This document shows, one piece after another, positions 29,283 through 45,211 of a DNA stretch of 64,000 nucleotides; the first letter of the stretch is position 1; every line of letters begins with the position of its first letter. This DNA is from the human T2T-CHM13v2.0 reference genome, Homo sapiens. The notes under the pieces are model-generated. The model worked only from the letters and a program-made list of their open reading frames with translations. It was not told the DNA's origin and did not search any database. Location of the stretch: assembly GCF_009914755.1 (NCBI RefSeq), contig NC_060938.1, one strand, 5' to 3'. Position numbers and translations under genes: made by a program.

Positions 29283-30959
29283 CCTTTTGGATGACAACAA
29301 GTCATCTTTACTCACATTTTTTTATTTTCTCACTTTTACCTTTGGTTCTTTAGTAATCCGAATAATGTTAGGTTTCCTTCCTTATATTTTTAATTTTAGA
29401 TGGAGCAAAGAAAAAATGCTTTTTTGCCATATTGAAGTGTATTGCCTCATTGTTTCAATAGACAATATAGCCTAATAAAAATAAAATATCCCTTATTCTA
29501 AATAATATATAGAATTCTGCACTTTAAAAATTAATACAATGAATTTGTTGTACATTAAGTAAAATCTCACTGTTAAAAATAATTTTAAACTGAGAAAAAG
29601 TAATTTGAAACTGACATTCTTAGGAATGCCTCATAACAAAAGTATGCTGATATAATTGATGATTATACTCAAACAAAAGAAGAAATAGCAAAAATACCAG
29701 GAAACTGTAAATTTGACATAAGGAATATTTATTTAAAAGAGTTCTTATAACTGTTTCATTATGGAAGTGAAGAGGCATCAGACAAAATGACCTCTTTCAA
29801 GAGGGAAAATACTACAAAATGGTACCAAAGAAACCTGACTTAGGAAAAGACTCTGAATTTTAGAAGGTATATTCTGTTTATAGACTACTTTTAGGTTGCT
29901 TTGGGGCAGATTAATATCTAAGCTTTTCTACAAATTTTTTTCACTTAGGTTATTAGATTTTTTTCATGAAAATGTCAGTTTTCTAGTACAAATTAAAGAA
30001 AGTTACAAAAATTGTTTTATAATCAATTTGTTGAAATATATGTATTTCATAATTTTAAGTGTGTGTTTACTATAAGACAGGTATTATTTTATGTAGTCAT
30101 TAGTCATTTTTCTTTCTTATATTGTAATGCTTCAAAAATAAGAACACTGTATAAGCCCTGGGAAGAAGAAAAAATTGACCTAAGTTACTAACAACATGTT
30201 AATGATTTTCAGTTTGTTACTCTTGTGAAAGAGAGTGAGAATTTACATTTAATAACTCACCTAAAAGTTAATATTGGCCATTTTCACAATCAGAAAACAC
30301 TCTCCTACATTTTAACAGAAGCATAGCAAAAAATACCATATTTAATCATTTGTTTTTGATAGAAAATTTGATTTTGTTTTGAGTAAAATAAAATACCTGT
30401 TATACATGGTAAGGCTAAAATTAGTCATATTGAACTAGGATTTTGACTATCTTAAAATTGTTCTATGCAAATAGGATAATTTAACAATATTAAATTGCTT
30501 ACAAAGCAGAATACTAGAAACCCTTATACCTGAAGTATTTAAAACTAAATTTAATAAAATGTTCCATCCCTCTACAGTCAGATTTGATGGTTATATTTGA
30601 TGGCATTTTAAGGAGCTCATCCTAATTTTATGAAATAGTTCCCATGTCATATCTTTGTCTAAACACGTTGGCATGCAATATGGTATAGTGGAAAAAGCTT
30701 ACACTATAGAGTCAGATTCCTAAATTTAAATATTAGTGCTACTACTTACTAACTATGAAACTTAAGGCAAGTTGACCTGTTCAAATCTGTTTTCTCATCT
30801 GCTAAATTAGCTAATTTTTCTCATCTGCTAAATTAGCTGATGCCTACCTACATCTCAAAATTGTTGATTCTAATAATAAAAATAGTCAATAATAACAACT
30901 AACACTTACATATAGCAATTACTGTGTGCAAATAACTCTTTTAAGCATATGTTAACTCA

Positions 30960-31283
<324 letters not shown>

Positions 31284-32208
31284 GATATGTATAAGGAAGG
31301 TACTATTTATTGTTATCTCTGCCTTAAAGATGGAGAAACTGTGACACAGATTGATTCATTGACTTGCCCAAGACTTTTCAAGTAGTAAATGGCAATAAAT
31401 GCATGTAAAAGGATCTAACATAATGCCTGTAATCTTTGTAGATGCTCAGTATTTGTTCTTTTTCTTCCTCATTTAATTAACAGTACTACCTGTTATCTCT
31501 AATTAGATATGGTAGCTCCAAATACTTTTGCTACTAACCATTGTGCTTCTGATAGCTATTGTTAACTACAAACATAATTGGTGGATATGTCTTAAAAATA
31601 AGGACTTGTCTTGAAACAGCCAGATATGTGAAAAAATAACTTTTTAGTAATAGCCCACTTTATATCTGGGTTTTATAATTATTTTTGTATTGTCCACTGA
31701 AAGCAGAATTTTTTTTTTTGTATCATAGGCACACTTAAGACCTTTCTGTTTGGTAAGAACAGCATTCATTTTCTTTGTTCAATGTAACAAATATTTATGA
31801 AGCACCTTGGACTTTATCAAACCTAAAGCTAAAGTACATATACTCCTAAAATAGTCATATGACAATTCAAGACAGTTTAAACCTGGTACCAGAAATATTT
31901 AGCCAATTCAGGCAAAAAGATTTATTCAAAGAGAAAGATTAAAAGAGAGCTTGAGTAATGAGTGAAATTTTTATAAAATTCAGGCTAAAATTGAATGGGA
32001 TTTAGGTTTTGAAAAAGGAAGACCTTAAAGGTAGGAGTAAAGAAGAAGGAAAATATATGAGCAAGGCACAGAGAAATACAAACATAAAATCTTTCTGGCT
32101 AAAACAGAGAATTCACTTTACGTAGAAGGATGGATACACTAGACCTACATTATTTTATTTCTTTCAGACTGGCTAGAGAGGTACCAAATACAGAAATGAG
32201 AGATTTAC

Positions 32209-32593
32209 TGTATTAGTCTGTTCTCACATCGCTAATAAAGACGTACACAAGTCTGGGTAATTTGTAAAAGAAAGAGGCTTAATTGACTCACAGTTCAGCA
32301 GGGTGTGGTAGGCCTTAGGAAACTTACAATCATGGTGGAAGTTGAAGCAAACACATCCTTCTTCACATGGCGGCAGCAAGTAGAAGTACAGAGCAACAGG
32401 GGGAAAAGCCCCTTATAAAAACATCAGATCTCAGGAGAACTCACTATCATGAGAACCATGAGAAAAGCATGAGGGTAACTGCCCCATGATTAAATTATTA
32501 GTACCTCCCACCAAGTCCCTCCCATTACACATAGAGATTATGGGAATTACAATTCAAGACCAGATTTGGGTGGGACACAGCCAAACCATATCA
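32209..32593 (-). mobile_element. THE1 (C/D-like) solo LTR
   Basis: tgtattagtctgttctcac…gccaaaccatatca. Confidence 0.9.
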
Positions 32594-33578
32594 CTGCCGT
32601 TATTCAGAGATTCCTTGGAAACGAGAATTCATGAGTCTCCTATCAGCCAGTATAGACAGTAAAATCATGCTTTCAGGACTTTCTTAGACTCTTTTTTGAA
32701 TCAGCATTTATTCGAATGCACATGAATACATTCCTCAGTAGGACTAACTTTATTCTCTTTGGAGGTTGTTTTTATGCCCTGGTTAAAAAAAAAAAAAAAG
32801 TTCTGATGTAATCTGCAAACCTAGTAACTATCCATTTATTTACTTATTAAATTTAAACTGCTGAGAGGCACACAATTCCAATTTTGTTGATTTGTTGTCT
32901 GGAAACCTTTTCAGTCAATATTTCCCTTAGAATCAAGAATCAAGACAATCGGAATATGTAATCATAGATTTGTCAGTGCTATATCTTAATTAGCTTAGCA
33001 TTTGTATAAAATTACAAACTTTATAATAGTGGAGAAATCATAGTATCTCAGAGTTTGAAGAGAACAAAGACCTTCATGTTCAAAGCCCTAGCATGCCCTT
33101 TTCATCATTCCAGCCTGAACATTTCAACCATCACTTCTTCTATCGAAGAGTTCATTGTTTAGACAACTCTACTTGTTTGAAAGTCTAAATATATCAAACT
33201 GAAATCTGTCACCTTATAATTTCTACCCACTTGTCCTAATTTTGCTCTTGGCTGTGCTCAAAAGAAGGTTAATTCCTCCTCTGCATGACATTTCTGATAT
33301 TTGAAAAGAAATGTTATGTTTCTCCTTAAGTCCACTTACTTATGGATTATTTTTGCATTTAATTTTTCTACCAGGCACAGACTTACCCAAAACATACATC
33401 CTCTATTTTTTATGCATGAAAAAAGAAAAGCTCCATAGTAAAATGGTGCCAGTATAAAAATTACAGGTACAAAATTAGACCATTTAGATAAATAATTAGA
33501 GCAATAACTGACTTTGCATTTAAGACTGTTAAGTTTTGAAATATGTCCCATCAATACCTAATTTATTGAGAGTTTTTA

Positions 33579-36509
<2,931 letters not shown>

Positions 36510-36711
36510 ACAATGAGATCACATGGACACAGGAAGGGGAACATCACACTCTGGGGACTGTTGTGGGGTGGGGGGAGGGGGGAGGGATAGCATTGGGAGA
36601 TATACCTAATGCTAGATGACGAGTTAGTGGGTGCAGCACACCAGCATGGCACATGTATACGTATGTAACTAACCTGCACAATGTGCACATGTACCCTAAA
36701 ACTTAAAGTAT

Positions 36712-36731
36712 AATAAAAATAAATAAATAAA

Positions 36732-36776
<45 letters not shown>

Positions 36777-36777
36777 A
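36712..36777 (+). repeat. (AAAT)n microsatellite derived from the L1 poly(A) tail
   Basis: Seen directly. Confidence 0.95.
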
Positions 36778-39094
36778 AAGACTGTTAAGTTGAAAGGGTC
36801 CTATTCCACACAGTAGCACTAAAGAGGGAAGAGTACATTGTTCCTTGAGGTCAGAATTTTTGCAATTTTGAGAATAAGGCAAAAACAAAAATTTCCTATA
36901 TGAAGAACCCACAAATAAAAATTATATATTCAATTTCCTTTAAATATATATCCTAATTGTATACCTACTCTATGTCAGAATATGTGCTCAGCTTTTATGG
37001 GGCCCTATGGATACGAGAGATCATATGTTAAATAAACATACAAGCAAGTGTAGATGCAAGTGATGGTAAGTTCTGTTTCTAATTACAGTTCTAACTAGAA
37101 AAATAGTGTTGCCCATATAACCTTTTATGGAGTAGCATAACATACTGCTTAATTCTGCTCTGTAATGGGGCATAAAATTAATAATAATAAAAATAACATA
37201 GTGGTTAAGAGCACAGACTATTTGGGTTTGAATCTTAGATCCACCTGTTATTAGTGTGCAACCCCATGCAATTTACTTAACTTTAAAAACCTGTTTTCTT
37301 ATGTGTAAAATGATAGTAAGAGTACTTGCCTCATAGGGTACTTACGTTATGTAAATAATATAAGCAAGGCACTAAAAACAATATTTCCTTGCTATATAAA
37401 TCTTTGCTATTGTTATCTACAATATGTTTAGAAAGAGCTTTAGCTTTAAAAATAAGTAGATGATGGTGGAATAAATATTATAAGAATTATTCTCTGAAAG
37501 AAAAATCAAACAAGATAGAACTTAAAGTACACAATAGTATAGTTGCAGAAAAGGAAAAAGAAATATCAAAGAAGACATGTTAAATCCTTGTTTTAGCTTG
37601 AATTTATCAGTGATGATATCTTGAAATCACCTTTCCAGTTCACCCTTCCAAATCTACTCTTGTAAAATGAAAAGAGGCTAGCATACCAGAATACTTTGGT
37701 TTTGCAAAATATGTGCTAAGAAATTAACAACAAAATATAAATAAATATTTTGCAGATATATTAGTAAAATGCTAAAAGTATATTTATCTAGAGACATAGT
37801 CTAAGGAATGAAGATTTCAGGATATTCCTTTCTTTACTACTGTCTGGAATCAGGAATATGGATTTCTCTCTCTGTGTATTAGGTATCCATCTATGAAATG
37901 GACTTACTGTTGCCTTTCACATAAAATGTAATAAGATGACAACAAATGAGTACTTTATATCTGTCAAGTACTATGAACTTCTCAGAATAATATCACTGAA
38001 TTAGAAGGGCAGAATATTTGTAACTTTGTTGTTACTGCCTGCCATAAAAGGCATCTGATAGGGATTCAGAAAGTAGATTGAGGCAACAAAGTAAACAATT
38101 TGAATAATTCTAATAATTTTACCAGTATTATTTTCTTATATTGAAACTTGGAACTGCTACTAAAATATGAAGGACAAATGTCCACTGGAGGTAGTAACCA
38201 TTTTAGATATTTATTAATGGCACATAGATGAGAATTAGCAGAAAGGATCCAAGTTCCTTCAAAAGATGCTGAGAAGAAAGAAGCAGTAAACCTCTCTTGT
38301 ATGTACAGTTTGAAAATGATGGTTGTCAGTTTCACTGAATGAACGAGACCGAAGGCCAAAGGCAACAATGTGGAAGAAGCAGTCCATCATGCTGGAAGGA
38401 CTAATTGATATACAAAGAAATAAATTATACTTCTCTATGAAGAATGAAGATAACATTATAGCCATGAGTGCCACTGGGATAATTTAAGTGTCTTACCCCT
38501 CAGCTTCTTCACTCCTTTCTATAGGTTGTATTGCAGCAAATAACATAATATCCTTACGTGGAATAATCCTCAGGCTAAACCTTTATGGAAAGAAAAGCTA
38601 GGTCAGTTTTGATTAGGAGGTGCTTCTGAATGCAGTTTTACAAAATTTTTTAAATACTCTTTTTTTACAAAATGGAGGTATTTGAACCAGAGAGAATATA
38701 ATTGTTAGTTTTGAATATTGTATAACTATAATGGAGTCTTATTATAATGTGTCAATTGTCTGCTGTGATTCAAGATTACATTGTATAGGCAAACCCATTA
38801 TAATGAGGTCACTTTAATACCCCCATTGATGAGATTCAAAAGAAATTCATATCATGCTAATTTCTGACTATTGTTAGGGTATGTATTTAGAAGTTTAGTT
38901 AATTGTGTGATACTTTGATATAAGTTTCCATTTATGGGCCCTATTTACTTCCTCTTTCATTCTCTCCCATTTTGCCATTTTCAAGACTTACTGGTATTGT
39001 ACTTTGTCCTTCGAGATGGCGCTGCTCTGTGGGGTAGATAGATGAATGAATATCACCCTCTTTAATAAATAATATTTAGAGGAATGAGAGGTTA

Positions 39095-39420
<326 letters not shown>

Positions 39421-39574
39421 AATAATATTGAAAGCAAATCCTAGTATAAGTATACATTCCCCCAAACATTTACCATGGACAATAGTAGCAGCAATATTAA
39501 CAGTAAATTCTAGTCTATCTTTGCTCAAATTTTAGTTATTGCTCTTTGCCTTCTAAATATAAAATACTATAGGA

Positions 39575-39923
39575 CAGGGGTCAGCAAACCTATTTAAAAG
39601 GGCCAGATGGTAAATTTTTTAGATTTTGTAGGCATATGGTCTCTGTCAAAACTACCCAACTCTGCCAGACCGGTAGCACAGAGGCAGCCACAGATGATGT
39701 AAATGAATGAGCCTGGCTGTGCTCTAATAAAACTTTATTACGGCCACTGAATTTGGATTTCATATATTTCTACGTGTCATGAAATATTATTCTTCTTTTG
39801 ATTATCTCTTGAATCATTAAAAAATACAAAGATCACTTATAGAGTGCAGGCCATACAAAAAAAAAAAAAAAAAACAGGAAATGGGCAGGATTTGGCCCTT
39901 GGGCTGTAGTTTGCCAACCCCTG
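39575..39923. mobile_element. MER58B-type hAT relic
   Basis: TIRs caggggtcagcaaac … gtttgccaacccctg. Confidence 0.85.
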
Positions 39924-40087
39924 TTTTAGAACATTCCTATTCTATAGTACACTGGCGTCTGCTCTGTTAATCTTAAAGCTCATAGTATGTGAGCTTTCAG
40001 AAGAATACTCTGAAAAATTGAGATTGAGAGAGGAAGCCCCATAAGAAGTTAATGCTTCATGGACTCAAATATGTACTTAAAGCCTAC

Positions 40088-40166
40088 TAGATAGATATAG
40101 ATATAGATATAGATATAGATATAGATATAGATATAGATATAGATATAGGTATAGATATAGATATAT
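40088..40166. repeat. (TAGATA)n microsatellite
   Basis: Seen directly; sits at the start of an L2 fragment. Confidence 0.95.
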
Positions 40167-40169
40167 ACA

Positions 40170-41379
<1,210 letters not shown>

Positions 41380-41791
41380 TCATCCACTTTCAAAGAGGTA
41401 GGTAGTTTCTAGTAATCTGTCCCCTCTGCTCATTCACAAAGAGTGGAAGGGATCCCACTGAATTAGAAACCCGACCTACACAGGAAGTACCATTAGTTGA
41501 CCATCTTCCCATTTTGCCGTGGTGTAAACATATGAGTGAATTTTTCCAAGTACCTCCTTGCTGGAAACTGTTTGCACTGGAGGTAAGTGTGAAAGGGGAG
41601 GTTGTGGGGAATGATGGGGTGAGGGCTGCCTAAACTTTTCCCATAACTCAGAAATGGTTTCATTCTGAGGAAGGGAGAAGGTTCAGGCTGGTTCTTATTT
41701 CCCTGAACCAGTTTGTACAGCCCTAAATTTGACCTGCTTTCCTCAAACTGGGAGTCAGAAATCCCTTTTCTCTTCTGTTTTTCTGCTGCAG

Positions 41792-41830
41792 AAATTCCCA
41801 ACATTCCCATTTTGTGGGCTCCAGAAAGGG
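41792..41830 (+). CDS. GPHN: Gephyrin alternatively spliced G2 (C5) cassette exon, 39 nt, 13 aa KFPTFPFCGLQKG
   Basis: Long pyrimidine tract cccttttctcttctgtttttctgctgcag| and donor GGG|gtaagc. The phase-0 translation matches the known 13-residue G-domain cassette inserted right after ...RDVTPE. Confidence 0.93.
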
Positions 41831-42545
41831 GTAAGCGAAGACTTCAATCCCAGCCAATCATTTTCAGATTAATAATTTTTAGTGTTTTGGTTTCTTTTAT
41901 CATCATAAAAAATGCTTGGATCCATTTTTCACATCTGTTTAATTTCCTTGTGGATTGTTATGTATCTATGTTCTAGGGTCATTCTGTATCCCTGGGCAAT
42001 AGAGTTCAGATCCATCTGCTATTTCCATTTGTGTGCTGTTCTCTTGTGGATTCTCATTTGCAGTTTATTGATTACTGTATCCTAGATGGAAGACACCCAA
42101 TTCAGGGGACTGCCTCACTCTCAATCTCATCTTTTCCTGAATGGTGTTTTATTCCTCTGCTGAGAGCTTGCTATTACACTACCCAACTGCTTCTGATGAT
42201 CTGTCATTGTTTCTCTACTGTTCTGTCTTCCTGCTTGATTGCCTTTGGTTTTTGTCTCTCCTTTTTGCCTCACTTCACTCATCTGCTGAATGATTTGCAT
42301 TCTTCACTCACTGGTGCTTTGTCCGTCAGCAAATGGCCTGGTACTGCCATATCCATCTGCTATTTTAGCATTTTAGACTGCCCAGCATTATCTATCTGCT
42401 CCCCTACAATTCCCCTATACTATGGCCTAACAAGTGCTATGCCATCTGCCTGCCTGATCTTGCCCTGCCCAATCTATGCCTGTAACACTGTAAGTAGGTG
42501 AGATTGTTTAGCATTTCTGCTATCATCTACACTTGCCTTGTGCCA

Positions 42546-42586
42546 CTGAGTTAGACTGCTGACTGAGTTAGACTGCTGACTGAGTT
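42546..42586. repeat. 17-bp tandem repeat (ctgagttagactgctga) x2.4
   Basis: Seen directly. Confidence 0.9.
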
Positions 42587-43821
42587 TGCTTGACTGTTGC
42601 CTCCTCTACCTATTTGCTACCTATGGCTGCCCCATTAATTTATTTGAGATATTGAAATCATCTCCTTTGTACTTGCAACTTGCTGATTGGCCTGTGTTGC
42701 CTCCTTTACAGTTTGCTGCATTTAAAAAATCACTGGCATTGCTCCTCTGTTGTCTTGTAACCCTGATCATATTTTATTTCCAATAAAAGTTTTGCCTACA
42801 TATCGTCCAAACATCTTAGAAATAGGAAAATGCTTTGCTATCTAACAGCCCAGTCCAGTTTGCTCCTAAACTGACTTTTTAAACTACCACCTGTCCTTTC
42901 TGCTTTTTTATACAGCTCCATATTCTTCTCTTTATGTAAGAATATATTTTTTTATAAATAATCATCTTTGCTTAAGTTTTCCTTTCACATCATATATTAT
43001 GTACATTTATTTCTTGTGTATGGGATCTTTTAATAATTTTCCATATACTAAAATTATTTCTTAATTTATTATTCCTAAATTTTCCAGGGTTTTATAAGGA
43101 TAAGTTACTCCTATTAATTTTATCCTTTTTAATAAGACCAGAAGATTTTTTTGCAACTTTAAAAGCATCATCTCTAAAAATAAATTTAATTATCTTATAA
43201 TTCTTTGTAGTTTAGATTAAAGTAGCTTTCTGCTCTGCTCTATTTTTTCCTTTGAGAATATCATTTCTCAGCTTCCTCATAGTTTACGTAATACCAGTTC
43301 TTTAGAGATCCTTTAGATGTATTTATCTTCCTTCCTTTTAAACTCTTTTCTTGTATGTTGGGTAAACCTTTGAAATTGATATTTTCTCATTATTGTATTT
43401 GCAAAGTACTTGGCATCTAAAAATAACTTGCAACATAACATTATCTGCACTGTAAAACTTACAGTCTTATTTGCTTATATTTAAATGAAAGCTCAAATAC
43501 AAGAACCAAAGAAGAATTTTGGTGAAATTTGCAAGAGTCTAAGGAGGAGATGTAAAGTGGGGTGTGTATGTGTGCATGCATATGTGTATATAGAGATTTG
43601 AAGTGTTTTATGTGTGTATCTACAATGTCATTGTGCTCGAAGTGTGGAAAATGCTGAGTATCCATATTAAATTTTATTTTTACAAAAAAATCTAAAGAGG
43701 TGATAGATTTAGGGATACGGAAAAAGTATGGATGGGTTTTTATTTTCTTTTAATAATATAGATAAAATTTGTCAGTGTGAAGAAAAAGGATGCTCTAGGG
43801 AAGTTAAAATCATTTCAGTAG

Positions 43822-44350
43822 CTTTTTAAAATTTTGGTAAAATATAAACATAAAATTTACCATTTTAACCAATTTTAAGTGTACAATTCAGTGATATTAG
43901 CACATTCACAGTTTTGTGCAACCGTCACCACTGTTTCTAGAACTTTTATCATCCCATTTAGAAACTCTGTACCCATTAAACAAAAACTCCCCATTCCTCC
44001 CTCCCCCAACCCCTGGTAAACTATAATCTACTTTCTGTCTTTATAAATTTGCCTGTTCTAGATACCTCATATAAGTGGAATCATACCAGTTTTGTCTTTC
44101 AGTGTCTAGCTTATTTCACTTAGCAAAATGTTTTCAGGGTTCATTTATATTATATCATGTATTAGAATTTCATCCCTTTTTAACTCTGACCATTATTCCA
44201 CTGTATGTATATACCACAACTTTTTTATCAGTTCACCTGTTGGTGGACACTGGGTTGTTTTCAGCTTTTAGCTTTTACAAATAATGCTCCTACAAACATT
44301 GGCATGCAAGTATCTGTTTTTCTTTTGGTTATATAACTAGAAATGGATTC
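43822..44350 (-). mobile_element. L1MB/ME 3' end, antisense
   Basis: taaaatttaccattttaacc…gtgtacaattcagtg…ataagtggaatcatac. Confidence 0.8.
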
Positions 44351-44930
44351 AATAGCATTTAATACTTTAGTCCAAGAAGAAATTAAATTAATAGCAAAGA
44401 GATCAGGGAAACCACATAATTAATATGAAAGATTAATAAGTCCAAGATATGATATTAGGAGCAGAAGAAATTATAAACTTTTAGAAAGGCTACAGAAGGC
44501 CAAATGATAAAATTTAGAAGACTATTCTATGAATAAAAGGGAGAATGAAGTTAAAATGACACAGATCTTGGATGATTGTAAGAAAACAAAAATGATTCTG
44601 AAGAAAGTTAAATTTTAAAAAAATAACCAACTTAAGGACAGTATGATGGCACATCTTTGAAATGGAATAATGTGGGCTTTTATAGAGGAGAGAGGTAGGC
44701 ATTTGAAAGGCAAGGTTTAAATGAAGATGACTAAGATGAGGGAACCAGGTCATGTTTAGAGGAACCAGCAATGGGAACAGGAATTCATTTCAATCCAGAG
44801 ATCCTTCATCCTGTATACTCAGCCTTCTACCACTCATAGACATTTTTCTAAAAAGATTGCTAGGCTCGAACCCCAGAGATTCTGATTCAGTAGGTTTGGA
44901 ATTCGGTTTAGGTAATGTGCACATACATGC

Positions 44931-44932
<2 letters not shown>

Positions 44933-44975
<43 letters not shown>

Positions 44976-45017
44976 TGTGTGCGTGCGCACACGTGAACGT
45001 GTGTCTGTGTGTGTGTT
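44933..45017. repeat. (TG)n microsatellite with TG/CG extension, within a MER5-like relic
   Basis: Seen directly. Confidence 0.95.
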
Positions 45018-45122
45018 TTAATCCACTGATGAAACACAATATGAGTTAAATTGAACTCTGTACCGTAGTGGCCTAGACCTTATAAGAATTTAAAAAGTTA
45101 AAGAGAATTGACCCTTGTCTTC

Positions 45123-45211
45123 AAGCAGTTTAAAACTGCAGTAGTTAAAAAATGATGGACTTAGGAAAGCAGTTTAAAACTGCAGTAGTTAAAATAATGA
45201 TGGACTTAGGA
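45123..45211. repeat. 44-bp tandem duplication
   Basis: aagcagtttaaaactgcagtagttaaaa(t)aatgatggacttagga occurs twice, one indel. Confidence 0.95.

Noticed and set aside
38100-38480. Purine-rich, coding-looking stretch as a possible exon
   Set aside because: No convincing splice-site pair and no similarity to gephyrin; more likely an ancient LINE relic.
41551-41582. 32-nt micro-exon using tttttccaag| with the 41582 donor
   Set aside because: Short pyrimidine tract, AAG acceptor and frameshifting; kept only as a minor alternative to the in-frame readings.
41713-41976. 87-aa ORF overlapping G2
   Set aside because: It reads the cassette in the wrong frame (EIPNIPILWAPERG); the spliced phase-0 frame is the recognised one.
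42031-42501. 156-aa ORF downstream of G2 as a new protein
   Set aside because: GTG start, Cys/Leu/Ser-rich composition that follows from the TGCY-rich sequence (which is poor in stop codons), and no recognisable domain.
45123-45211. CRISPR-like repeat array
   Set aside because: Eukaryotic intron, only two adjacent copies, no spacers.
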